NCBI GenBank assembly: GCA_023898565.1
Contig: CP060228.1
Span: 840,930-904,929 of the forward strand
Direction of reading: 5' to 3'
Length of the DNA: 64,000 bases
DNA from: Candidatus Nomurabacteria bacterium
GTDB lineage: Bacteria; Patescibacteriota; Minisyncoccia; Phycocordibacterales; UBA918
The notes under the pieces: generated by a model
The model's input: the letters and a program-made list of their open reading frames with translations, nothing else
The model's database searches: none
What the model was told of the DNA's origin: nothing
Program-made: the position numbers and the translations under genes
Shown here: positions 18,031 to 26,583 of the stretch, in pieces
Numbering within the stretch: position 1 is the stretch's first letter
How the letters are laid out: the number at the start of each line of letters is the position of its first letter

Positions 18031-19128
18031 ATGTCATTATCTGTTGGAATCGTCGGCCTACCAAACGTAGGTAAATCAACTTTGTTTAATGCGCTCACCA
18101 AAAAGGAGGTGCTGATGGCAAATTACCCCTTTGCCACCATCGACCCATCTGTGGGTGTTGTTGCAGTGCCTGACGCTCGCTTAGAGACACTTTCAAAGAT
18201 TTCCGGCTCAACCGACATTATTCCCGCGGTAGTGGAATTCGTGGATATTGCTGGTCTGGTGAAGGGAGCATCGGCCGGTGAAGGACTCGGCAATAAATTC
18301 CTCGCCAACATCCGCGAGACCGACATGATTGCAGAAGTTGTACGCATTTTTGAAGATAGCGAAATTCATCACGTATCGGGAGGCGTTGATCCGATGGGAG
18401 ATATTGAAACCATCAACCTTGAACTCATCATGGCCGATGCTGAGACAGTTGCTAAACGCTTAGGTAACGTCGAACGCGATGCTAAGCGTGGCGACAAGGA
18501 AGCAGTCGCCGAGAAGGCTATTCTCGAGCGACTCTTGCCACACCTCGAAGCTGGGCACCTTGCCAACATGCTCGGCATGAACGATGATGAACTCAAGCTT
18601 GTAAAGGGCTTGCATCTTCTTACTATGAAGCAGTTTTTGTATGTCTGCAACAAAAAGCAAGGTTCGTTCAATCTGGACGAACATAACGACGAACGCTGGG
18701 AGGAGCTCCTTCGCTTCTTTGAAGACACAGGTTCTGAGTACGTAATCGTAGATGCGGGTATGGAGCACGAGCTCAAAGACCTTGGCGAGGATGAAAAAAC
18801 AGAGTTTCGTCGTGAATATGGTGCACAAGATAGTGGGGTAGAGGCACTCATTAGAGCCGCTTATCATCGCCTCGGTCTCATGAGCTATTTTACGACTGGC
18901 GAAAAAGAGACCCGGGCTTGGACGGTACCGATCGGGTCAACTGGTCCAGAAGCAGGGGCTGCGATCCATACTGATTTTAAAGACAAATACATTCGTGCAC
19001 AGGTAGTCGCTTTTAAAGACTTGGTTGAAACCGGCTCAAAAGCTGCCGCGAGAGAACAAGGCAAGCTCCGTACTGAAGGGAAGGAATATGTAGTACAAGA
19101 CGGAGACGTGATTGAATTCATGATTTAG
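18031..19128 (+). CDS. ychF: Ribosome-binding ATPase YchF (Obg-family GTPase/ATPase)
   Basis: GIVGLPNVGKSTLFNAL and the C-terminal TGS domain ending ...VVQDGDVIEF. Confidence 0.9.
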   Translation: MSLSVGIVGLPNVGKSTLFNALTKKEVLMANYPFATIDPSVGVVAVPDARLETLSKISGSTDIIPAVVEFVDIAGLVKGASAGEGLGNKFLANIRETDMIAEVVRIFEDSEIHHVSGGVDPMGDIETINLELIMADAETVAKRLGNVERDAKRGDKEAVAEKAILERLLPHLEAGHLANMLGMNDDELKLVKGLHLLTMKQFLYVCNKKQGSFNLDEHNDERWEELLRFFEDTGSEYVIVDAGMEHELKDLGEDEKTEFRREYGAQDSGVEALIRAAYHRLGLMSYFTTGEKETRAWTVPIGSTGPEAGAAIHTDFKDKYIRAQVVAFKDLVETGSKAAAREQGKLRTEGKEYVVQDGDVIEFMI

Positions 19129-19130
19129 GG

Positions 19131-19160
19131 AAAGACCTGCACAGCAGGTCTTTTTTGTTT
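19131..19160 (+). terminator. Intrinsic terminator after ychF
   Basis: AGACCTGC-aca-GCAGGTCTTTTTTGTTTG. Confidence 0.75.
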
Positions 19161-19174
19161 GTTGAGTCTGTACT

Positions 19175-19408
19175 ATGCTGCGTACTATGTATATTCGCAT
19201 TCGGGTAAAAGCTGGCTCTCGCAAAGAGCAGGTACAGAAAGTAAGTGATACTGAGTATTATATGGCTGTAAAAGAACCAGCGGAACGAAACTTGGCAAAT
19301 AAGCGAGTGAGAGAATTGCTGGCGGGCGCCGAAGGCGCCCGCCTTGAAGACGTTCGTATCATCACCGGCCACCATTCGCCAACTAAAGTATTTGACGTCA
19401 CAAAATAG
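19175..19408 (+). CDS. DUF167 (YggU/UPF0235) family small protein
   Basis: IRVKAGSRKE ... E ... P.ERNLAN..VRELLA pattern, typical of DUF167. Confidence 0.5.
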   Translation: MLRTMYIRIRVKAGSRKEQVQKVSDTEYYMAVKEPAERNLANKRVRELLAGAEGARLEDVRIITGHHSPTKVFDVTK

Positions 19409-19454
19409 TTGCCATATTTTTAATTTTATGTGAATCTCATAAAGGATTGACCTT

Positions 19455-19679
19455 TTGGAGAAAAACATGTTCAGGAGACGCGCGAGTTCAGTATTTGTTC
19501 TGATCTTTCAGCCACTGCACCAGACCACGTCACTTCTGCAGTATGCTCAGCACGGAAAAACACTTCCACTTGCTGCTCTCAATTCTCGACCAGCCAAGCA
19601 GAAGATGCTTCCTCCGGCAAAGTTTGCCAGGATCCACAATAAATGCGGATTCCGACGTCGTGGCACAAGAGGAAAGTAG
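19455..19679 (+). CDS. Questionable small, highly basic ORF (74 aa) in an otherwise non-coding 310-nt gap
   Basis: RBS GGAG 8 nt upstream of the ATG, but the composition is GC-rich and the product has low complexity. Confidence 0.2.
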   Translation: MEKNMFRRRASSVFVLIFQPLHQTTSLLQYAQHGKTLPLAALNSRPAKQKMLPPAKFARIHNKCGFRRRGTRGK

Positions 19680-19691
19680 GCCTACGTGCAA

Positions 19692-19719
19692 CAAAAACCG
19701 CCCTGTTGGGCGGTTTTTT
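19692..19719 (-). terminator. Intrinsic terminator abutting the stop codon of the minus-strand gene (also a hairpin plus U-tract on the plus strand)
   Basis: AACCGCCC-tgtt-GGGCGGTTTTTT. Confidence 0.7.
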
Positions 19720-20020
19720 AACTAAGCTCAGTAGGTGGATTCATGCGCTGTACCGGGCTCACAATACTAGGATCCCACTTAGCATCAATTTCTCCGTTTT
19801 TTTCCTCGTATTCTTTCACCTGATGCTCTAGGTATTGCTGTAAACGCTTAGCATGCTCTGGCGTAAAACTGTAAATAGACGCTTGGCTACCTGATGTAAG
19901 TGCCATCACAAAGTACTCCGGTGTAAATGCGACAGTTACGCTTTCACAAAATAATTTTGGAGCTTTTTTTAAATCTTCTTGTTTCATGGCATCAGTATAC
20001 TGCGCTTTACCCAAGAACAC
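19718..20020 (-). CDS. DUF3467 family protein
   Basis: C-terminal SFTPEHAKRLQQYLEHQVKEYEEKNGEI matches the (L)TPEHAKRL...YE..FG.I signature recalled for DUF3467. Confidence 0.55.
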   Translation of the reverse strand: MFLGKAQYTDAMKQEDLKKAPKLFCESVTVAFTPEYFVMALTSGSQASIYSFTPEHAKRLQQYLEHQVKEYEEKNGEIDAKWDPSIVSPVQRMNPPTELS

Positions 20021-20103
20021 GAATTAACAATTAGACCCTTGACGTTTTGTATAATAGTTGTATTCTTTTGAAAGTTTTTCGTTCATTTTGTGGGGAGAAC
20101 ACC

Positions 20104-20592
20104 ATGGAACACACTGAAGTACTCGCACGAAACCCAGCTTGGCTGCTGGAACAGTACTTGAAAGACACCGGAGTCGTTCTCAAATGTGCGGATGGCTTCG
20201 GGACATACTTTTATCTCAACGGCCGTTTTGCGCTGGTGACAGAAACCATCATCTACACCGGCCCGCAGGGTAGTGCTCGCCATTACGGCGCAATGGCCGC
20301 AGGTATAGACAATCTGAAGGCAGCGGCGGAATTCTTACGAGACCCGGCAACCTTGCCCCCAACCCTAGTCAACCTGATTGACCTGCTGTTGGCGAAAGTG
20401 TCGTGTAAAGGTGAAATTATTCAAACAGCACTCAACAATGGCGGACTGATGCGAATCACGGCAGAACAAACAGGACGAGCAATCGTTCTGGAAGCTGGGA
20501 ATAACGGTCTTGCTGTTGGTCATGAGCCGGGTCGACGACCGTTCAACATGCCGTTCGCCGACGCAGCAGACTGGCTCTCTGACACACCCTAA
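20104..20592 (+). CDS. Hypothetical protein (162 aa from Met 20104), GC-rich
   Basis: RBS GGGGAG before ATG 20104; no recognised domain. Confidence 0.4.
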   Translation: MEHTEVLARNPAWLLEQYLKDTGVVLKCADGFGTYFYLNGRFALVTETIIYTGPQGSARHYGAMAAGIDNLKAAAEFLRDPATLPPTLVNLIDLLLAKVSCKGEIIQTALNNGGLMRITAEQTGRAIVLEAGNNGLAVGHEPGRRPFNMPFADAADWLSDTP

Positions 20593-20661
20593 GGCTCAAC
20601 GGCTGATCACTTCTGGTCAGCCGTTTTCTTATGTCTACAACGGCGCTATACTGCACAGCAT

Positions 20662-21132
20662 ATGCAATCAGACGAAGCTTGGTTCCAAGCCGCCGTAGTA
20701 TGTGCACAATCTGCACAGTGCAGCCGCGCAAAATGTGGCGCTATCATAGTGAAAGACAGCAAAATTATTGGTCAAGGCTATAATGCACCTCCACAAGACC
20801 AATCCTGCAATGCCATGTGTCACAAAAACCAGCGCAACTCACCAAAACCAAAGTCAGATCGTACCTGCTGCATGCACGCTGAATGGCGTGCCATTCTAGA
20901 CGCTTTACAGCAAGGACATGATGTTACTGGAACCACACTATACTTTGCTCGTGCTACCGACGAAGGAGAACTACTCTTTTCTGGACAACCGTACTGCACG
21001 GTATGCAGCCGTCTAGCACTTGATGTTGGCATTGCTTATTTTGGACTTTGGCACGAGAGCGGTCCTAAGCTGTATGACACAAAAACATACAATAAATTAT
21101 CGTACAAGTACCACGATCAAAAGACTATGTAG
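20662..21132 (+). CDS. Cytidine/deoxycytidylate deaminase-family zinc enzyme (dCMP deaminase/ComEB-like)
   Basis: CMHAE (H-A-E zinc ligand plus catalytic Glu) and the PYCTVC (PCxxC) motif. Confidence 0.7.
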   Translation: MQSDEAWFQAAVVCAQSAQCSRAKCGAIIVKDSKIIGQGYNAPPQDQSCNAMCHKNQRNSPKPKSDRTCCMHAEWRAILDALQQGHDVTGTTLYFARATDEGELLFSGQPYCTVCSRLALDVGIAYFGLWHESGPKLYDTKTYNKLSYKYHDQKTM

Positions 21133-21146
21133 GGTATACTATTTTC

Positions 21147-21554
21147 ATGACAACCACACCCTTTCGCTCCAGACCACGTGGCTGGCGTACGCTGCATACT
21201 CACAACGCCTACGCCGAAGCAATTGAATCAGGCGAGTACAATAATCCTTCTTTTTGCCACATATGTGAGGCGCCATCGGTAATTGAATTTGAACACTGGA
21301 GAATTATTCAAAATAAATTTCCTTATGATGAAATTGCTCGACGTCACGACATGATTGTTCCAAAAGTACACAAGAAGGAAGAAGACCTCACAGCAATTGA
21401 GCTGCAGGAGTTGCGGGAACTTAAAATCGGACACATCAATGACACGTACCAAATGTTGATGGAATCAGTCCCGAAAAATAAGTCTCTTCCGCAACACTTC
21501 CATCTACACCTCTTACAAATAAAAACACCAAATCAACCTTTGCAACCTGAGTAA
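21147..21554 (+). CDS. HIT-family (histidine triad) nucleotide hydrolase/transferase
   Basis: C-terminal histidine triad HFHLHLL (HxHxHxx) and an upstream CxxC. Confidence 0.6.
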   Translation: MTTTPFRSRPRGWRTLHTHNAYAEAIESGEYNNPSFCHICEAPSVIEFEHWRIIQNKFPYDEIARRHDMIVPKVHKKEEDLTAIELQELRELKIGHINDTYQMLMESVPKNKSLPQHFHLHLLQIKTPNQPLQPE

Positions 21555-21576
21555 AACAGGCATAGTATTAGGATAT

Positions 21577-22494
21577 ATGGAAAATCATACCGCTAAACAA
21601 TTTGTGCTACAGCTTGGCTCGCTCGCAAGCCTATATCTGTCACTGAGCTTTTTATTGGTCTTAATTTTTGGTGTTATTAATCTTATATTCCCAGACGCCG
21701 TTGATAGTGTATGGCAGATAGAAAGCGCCAGCCAAATGGTACGTCTAGGTATTTCGATGACAATCGTCTTTTTCCCTACATACGTTATTTTGACGAGGAT
21801 CGTAAATACGGCGCGGCGCCGCGACCGTGAACACAGCTATCTCGGCCTTACTCGCTGGCTCATCTACCTTTCATTACTCATTGGCGGCGCCGCGCTCTTG
21901 ATTGACCTTGTTACGGTCATCAACACTTTCCTCAATGGTGAAATTACCGCACGCTTTATTTACAAGGCATTAGCTGTTCTAGTCGTGGTAGGAGCAGCCT
22001 TTTACTACTACACACTTGACGCGAAAGGACACTGGATGACTAACGAGAAGCAATCAATTACTTTTGGAACAATTGCTGCGGTTGCAGTAGCACTAGCAGT
22101 GATTCTTGGCTTTATTAACATCAAAACACCGACCGATGTTCGTGAGCAAAAGCTCGATCAAACGCAAATCACTGACTTGCAAAATACACAATCGAGAATT
22201 CAAGATCATCTCTATAAAACTGGTGCCTTGCCAGAAACCATTTCAGAGCTTTACAGTGGTGTAGAAGCGCCAAGCGCACCAGAAGGCCGACCCGCGTACA
22301 CATACGAACAAACTGATTATGGTTTTACTCTTTGCGCCACTTTTGCCAATCCATCAGAAAGAGATGACTACTATTATGCGACCCCATACGGAATAAACAC
22401 TGCTGGCGGACCAGTGATTGCAAATCCTGACAACTGGGAACACGGAGCAGGCGAGTGGTGCTTTGAACGAAAAGTGACTGGTGGTACACTGTAG
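21577..22494 (+). CDS. Membrane protein with 4 TM helices and a C-terminal extracytoplasmic domain, unknown function
   Basis: Hydrophobicity pattern; Tyr/Gly-rich C-terminal domain. Confidence 0.45.
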   Translation: MENHTAKQFVLQLGSLASLYLSLSFLLVLIFGVINLIFPDAVDSVWQIESASQMVRLGISMTIVFFPTYVILTRIVNTARRRDREHSYLGLTRWLIYLSLLIGGAALLIDLVTVINTFLNGEITARFIYKALAVLVVVGAAFYYYTLDAKGHWMTNEKQSITFGTIAAVAVALAVILGFINIKTPTDVREQKLDQTQITDLQNTQSRIQDHLYKTGALPETISELYSGVEAPSAPEGRPAYTYEQTDYGFTLCATFANPSERDDYYYATPYGINTAGGPVIANPDNWEHGAGEWCFERKVTGGTL

Positions 22495-22496
22495 GC

Positions 22497-22745
22497 ATGT
22501 CAGAAGAAAAAACGGAGAAAATCGAGGACATGAACGTCATGGCAGCACCCGAAAAATTAATTCCAAAACTCGTCACAAACATTAATTTTAGGAAAACCAA
22601 CGAAGGCGGGATTGTCATGAGCCTTTTTACGCAACCTCCTGAAGAGAAGGCGCCGGCTGTCTTGCTCGAAACTGTCTATCTTGAGAGAAGCCACGCGCGC
22701 AGAGTTATTGAAGTATTAACTAAAGTGGAAGCTGAAAATGAATAA
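22497..22745 (+). CDS. Small protein, divergent DUF3467-like
   Basis: C-terminal ...VYLERSHARRVIEVLTKVE parallels the DUF3467 C-terminal helix of the 19718–20020 protein. Confidence 0.35.
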   Translation: MSEEKTEKIEDMNVMAAPEKLIPKLVTNINFRKTNEGGIVMSLFTQPPEEKAPAVLLETVYLERSHARRVIEVLTKVEAENE

Positions 22746-22968
22746 TCTCCTCATTCCATTCAACAACCCAACCTCACACTCTACCTACCTCACCGCAGAG
22801 GTGGTAACTCACTGTACGGACACATATACTGAGTTTGATTTCACAACAAGAGCCATCATCGACAAACACCCCATCGACATTCTTAATGATTTCTACGCCG
22901 ACACTACCAACATCATTGAACGTAGTCTCATTGAATCAAAAAATAAGTATCCTGAGCTGGTAGCCTAA
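22738..22968 (+). CDS. Hypothetical small protein (76 aa); start overlaps the upstream stop (ATGAATAA coupling)
   Basis: ORF in an operon-like array; no recognised domain. Confidence 0.3.
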   Translation: MNNLLIPFNNPTSHSTYLTAEVVTHCTDTYTEFDFTTRAIIDKHPIDILNDFYADTTNIIERSLIESKNKYPELVA

Positions 22969-22980
22969 CAAACATTTGGT

Positions 22981-23331
22981 ATGGATCCTGAATTGAAGAA
23001 AATGGTAGAACGACTCATTTCCCAAACCGAACGCTGGAAAGACGAGATTGTTACGCTAACAACACAATACAACTCAGCTATTGAGAAGGTGCACGATATT
23101 CAAAAGGAACTCGCGGAAAAGCGAGACGAACTTAACAAAAAGAAAAACTCTTGGTGGTACCAGCTTCTTATTAACTACAAACCAATTATTAGCTTTGCAT
23201 TTGGTGTTTTTATTGTAGCGCTTGCAGTAATTGCTGTAGATAAATACACGAGCCGTAACATTTCACTATTTCATGGCGATTCAGGTGTTTCCATTTCAAA
23301 CACAGCCAGCAGCACCAAGCTTGAGTCCTAA
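22981..23331 (+). CDS. Hypothetical coiled-coil protein with one TM helix
   Basis: Heptad-like N-terminal half, then a hydrophobic segment ISFAFGVFIVALAVIAV. Confidence 0.35.
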   Translation: MDPELKKMVERLISQTERWKDEIVTLTTQYNSAIEKVHDIQKELAEKRDELNKKKNSWWYQLLINYKPIISFAFGVFIVALAVIAVDKYTSRNISLFHGDSGVSISNTASSTKLES

Positions 23332-23347
23332 CGCTTAAAAGGGAGCA

Positions 23348-23560
23348 GTGTTAAAGTTTTCCTTCAAGTTAGACTCGGATGATTCACTGCTCCTTGGGTA
23401 CAGCAAAAAGTCGCTGCCTCAACAGCGAGAAAAGCTTGCTGCAGAATTTCTCGCGGCGTGTGATATTGAGTTTTATCCTGATGAAGGGCGCGGCGAAGAG
23501 GACTACCACCTCGTTCTTCGAGATGGCGGAACAGTGGCCAAGCTCAAAGTCAAAGCCTGA
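23348..23560 (+). CDS. Hypothetical small protein (GTG start)
   Basis: RBS AAAAGGGAG 6 nt upstream of GTG 23348. Confidence 0.3.
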   Translation: MLKFSFKLDSDDSLLLGYSKKSLPQQREKLAAEFLAACDIEFYPDEGRGEEDYHLVLRDGGTVAKLKVKA

Positions 23561-23567
23561 TCAAGGT

Positions 23568-23600
23568 AACCTCTCAGCATAGCTGCGAGGTTTTTCATTC
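23568..23600 (+). terminator. Intrinsic terminator (nested hairpin) ending the small-ORF array
   Basis: AACCTC-t-CAGC-ata-GCTG-c-GAGGTTTTTTCATTCTTTG. Confidence 0.6.
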
Positions 23601-23663
23601 TTTGACTATTGCAAAAATAATGGCAAAATGACCATTATATTACTTGGGTAAATAGGGAACGTT

Positions 23664-26492
23664 ATGAATAAACGATTTAATCACAAAACTATCGAGAAAA
23701 AGTGGCAAGACACCTGGAAGGAGAGTGGTATCTATAAAACCACCGATAACAGCACAAAACCTAAAACGTACGTGCTGGATATGTTCCCGTACCCGTCAGG
23801 CGAAGGCTTGCATGTCGGACACCCTAAGGGCTATATCGCGACCGACATCTACTCACGCTTCAAGCGCATGACTGGCCACGAAGTACTCCACCCGATGGGT
23901 TGGGATGCCTTTGGCTTGCCGGCAGAAAACTTCGCTATCAAGCACAAAGTGCACCCAAGCGCTGCAGTAGCGAAAAATGTGGCACGCTTTAAAGAACAAC
24001 TTGAAGTGCTCGGCTTTGACTATGACTGGTCACGCGAAATCAACACCACCGACCCAAACTACTACAAGTGGACACAGTGGATTTTTATCCAACTTTACAA
24101 GAAAGGCTTGGCCTACGAGAGCAATGAACCTATCAACTGGTGCCCAGGCTGCCAGACTGGCTTAGCAAATGAAGACTTAAATGCCGACGGCACCTGTGAA
24201 CGCTGTGATAGCGTCGTCGAAAAGAAGCCAATGCGTCAATGGGTGCTTAAAATTCGTGAGTACGCCGACCGCATGCTCGCAGACCTCGACACCCTCAATT
24301 GGCCAGAACATATCAAAGAGGCACAGCGCAATTGGATTGGCAAAAGCGAAGGAGCCGAGATTGATTTTACACTTTCAACTGGAGACACAGTGACTGTTTT
24401 CACGACACGTCCTGATACACTTTTTGGCGCTACGTACATGGTACTTGCACCAGAACACGAGCTGGTTTTTAAGCATCACGAGACTATCAGCAACTGGAAT
24501 GAGGTAGCAGCGTATGTAAAAGAAGCTGCAAACAAAAAAGAAATGGACCGCCTCGACGACACTAAGGAGAAGACCGGAGTGAAGCTTGAAGGTATTACTG
24601 CAACCAATCCAGCAACCGGTGAGGAGATTCCAGTCTATATTGCAGATTACGTACTTGCTTCGTACGGCACCGGCGCCATTATGGCTGTACCAGCTCATGA
24701 TGAACGTGACTTCGCGTTTGCGAAGAAGTTTGGGATTGAAGTTAGGCCAGTAGTCGGAAAAATTTTCAATCAATTTAAGAACGTTGAAGTGCATCGTCGT
24801 GGCGTATATGGGCTTATCACAAATGAGAATGGCGAGTATTTACTTCAGTATTTTAGAAACAAAAACTTTTATTGGTTGCCTGGCGGAGGTGTTGAAGGTG
24901 ACGAGTCTGAAGAAGACTGCCTAAAGCGAGAAATGGCTGAAGAAAGCGGTTTTGCATCATTTTCTACAGCCAAGAAAGTTGCAACTGTATTCTACGATCA
25001 CAATTCACGCAAAGATGGTAAGAGCGCTCGAAATAAAACGACCGTCTATCGTGCAACTGTTTCTACATCAGAGCAGGGCCATGTCTCACTTACTGATGAT
25101 GAAATTGCGGACGGCTTAGAATTAGTTTGGGTCGCTCCAGAGAAGCTAAATAAAACACTTGATGCTGGAGAAGCTTCACGTTCAGAGTTACTGAAGTATC
25201 TCATTAAATTTGATAGTGCCACTGCAAAACCAGAATGTGGCGCACTTCTTAACTCCGGCGAATTTGACGGCATGACCTCAGAGGAAGCGAAAGTCGCTAT
25301 TACTGAAAAAGTTGGTGGGCGACTTACTTCAACCTATAAAATTAAAGATTGGGTCTTTAGTCGTCAGCGCTACTGGGGCGAGCCAATTCCAATTGTGCAC
25401 TGTGATACCTGTGGAGCGGTGCCAGTGCCAGAAGAGCAGCTACCGGTGACGTTGCCGGACGTGGAGCAGTATGAGCCGGCCGGCGACGGCCAGAGTCCGC
25501 TTGCGAATATTTCGGATTGGGTGAACACCACATGTCCAGCGTGTGGCGGAGCCGGCCGGCGCGAGACCAACACCATGCCACAATGGGCAGGTTCTTCATG
25601 GTACTACCTCCGCTACATGGATCCACAAAATAACGACGCATTAGTTTCGAAAGAAAACGAACAATACTGGGCACCAGTCGATGTCTACGTAGGCGGTGAT
25701 CACGCAGTGCGTCATCTTATTTATGCGCGCTTCTGGCACAAATTCCTCTACGACATCGATGTTGTTTCTACCATCGAACCATTCCAGCGACTTGAGTTTC
25801 TTGGCTTCATCTTGGCGGAAGACGGCCGCAAGATGAGTAAACGTTGGGGAAATGTAATCAACCCGGATGACGTAGTAGCTATTGTGGGTGCGGACACCCT
25901 CCGTATCTATGAAATGTTCATGGGACCTTTTGAAAACACCATCGCCTGGAGCCAGGACGGCCTCGCGGGCGCAAGACGCTTCCTAGAGCGCCTCAATGGC
26001 CTTAGCGAGCACATTGGTGATGAACCTAAGGAAACTACTTCATTACTTCACAAAACTATTAAAAAAGTGACTGAGGACATTGAAGGCTTTAAGTTCAACA
26101 CTGCTATCAGCGCCATGATGATTTTCCTCAATCAGGCTGAGAAAACAGGCATCAGCAAAGAAAGTTACGAGACGTTCCTCAAGCTCCTCGCGCCATTCGC
26201 ACCACACATTACCGAAGAACTGTGGCACGAAGCAGGGAAGAGTGACAGCGTACACACCGGCATATTCCCAGTATTTGACGCATCGCTTGCGAAAGACGAT
26301 GTGGTTGTAATCGGCGTACAGTTTAACGGCAAGTCGCGCGGACAAATCGAAATCGCTCCCGACGCCACCGAAGCCGATGCTCTCGAGACCCTCAAAAGAG
26401 ACGAATCACTCGCCAAGCGAATTGACGGAAAAGAGATAAAAAAAGTCATTTACGTACCAGGCAGAATCCTTAATATTATCGTTCAAGAATAG
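23664..26492 (+). CDS. leuS: Leucyl-tRNA synthetase carrying an inserted Nudix hydrolase module of about 160 aa (nt ~24762–25239)
   Basis: Class I HIGH-type catalytic core (PYPSGEGLHVGHPKGY), CP1 editing region (TTRPDT...AHDERDF) and KMSKR-region homology. A complete Nudix box GGVEGDESEEDCLKREMAEESGF sits between the editing domain and the Leu-specific/catalytic continuation (LNSGEFDG...). Confidence 0.9.
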   Translation: MNKRFNHKTIEKKWQDTWKESGIYKTTDNSTKPKTYVLDMFPYPSGEGLHVGHPKGYIATDIYSRFKRMTGHEVLHPMGWDAFGLPAENFAIKHKVHPSAAVAKNVARFKEQLEVLGFDYDWSREINTTDPNYYKWTQWIFIQLYKKGLAYESNEPINWCPGCQTGLANEDLNADGTCERCDSVVEKKPMRQWVLKIREYADRMLADLDTLNWPEHIKEAQRNWIGKSEGAEIDFTLSTGDTVTVFTTRPDTLFGATYMVLAPEHELVFKHHETISNWNEVAAYVKEAANKKEMDRLDDTKEKTGVKLEGITATNPATGEEIPVYIADYVLASYGTGAIMAVPAHDERDFAFAKKFGIEVRPVVGKIFNQFKNVEVHRRGVYGLITNENGEYLLQYFRNKNFYWLPGGGVEGDESEEDCLKREMAEESGFASFSTAKKVATVFYDHNSRKDGKSARNKTTVYRATVSTSEQGHVSLTDDEIADGLELVWVAPEKLNKTLDAGEASRSELLKYLIKFDSATAKPECGALLNSGEFDGMTSEEAKVAITEKVGGRLTSTYKIKDWVFSRQRYWGEPIPIVHCDTCGAVPVPEEQLPVTLPDVEQYEPAGDGQSPLANISDWVNTTCPACGGAGRRETNTMPQWAGSSWYYLRYMDPQNNDALVSKENEQYWAPVDVYVGGDHAVRHLIYARFWHKFLYDIDVVSTIEPFQRLEFLGFILAEDGRKMSKRWGNVINPDDVVAIVGADTLRIYEMFMGPFENTIAWSQDGLAGARRFLERLNGLSEHIGDEPKETTSLLHKTIKKVTEDIEGFKFNTAISAMMIFLNQAEKTGISKESYETFLKLLAPFAPHITEELWHEAGKSDSVHTGIFPVFDASLAKDDVVVIGVQFNGKSRGQIEIAPDATEADALETLKRDESLAKRIDGKEIKKVIYVPGRILNIIVQE

Positions 26493-26507
26493 TGTATACT
26501 GAAAGTG

Positions 26508-26536
26508 TTGACCAAAACTTCTGGTTATGTTATAAA
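26508..26536 (+). promoter_or_regulatory. Consensus-like sigma70 promoter TTGACC-17-TATAAA
   Basis: TTGACC at 26508–26513, TATAAA at 26531–26536, about 47 nt upstream of ATG 26584. Confidence 0.5.
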
Positions 26537-26583
26537 TTTGGCCACGCATTGAAGATTGAACAACAAACAACCTTCGAATTATT

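Noticed and set aside
19409-19717. SRP (4.5S) RNA on the minus strand
   Set aside because: Only a 12-nt similarity to the domain IV core, with one deletion. The GGAA tetraloop helix and apical/terminal helices cannot be drawn. Not called.
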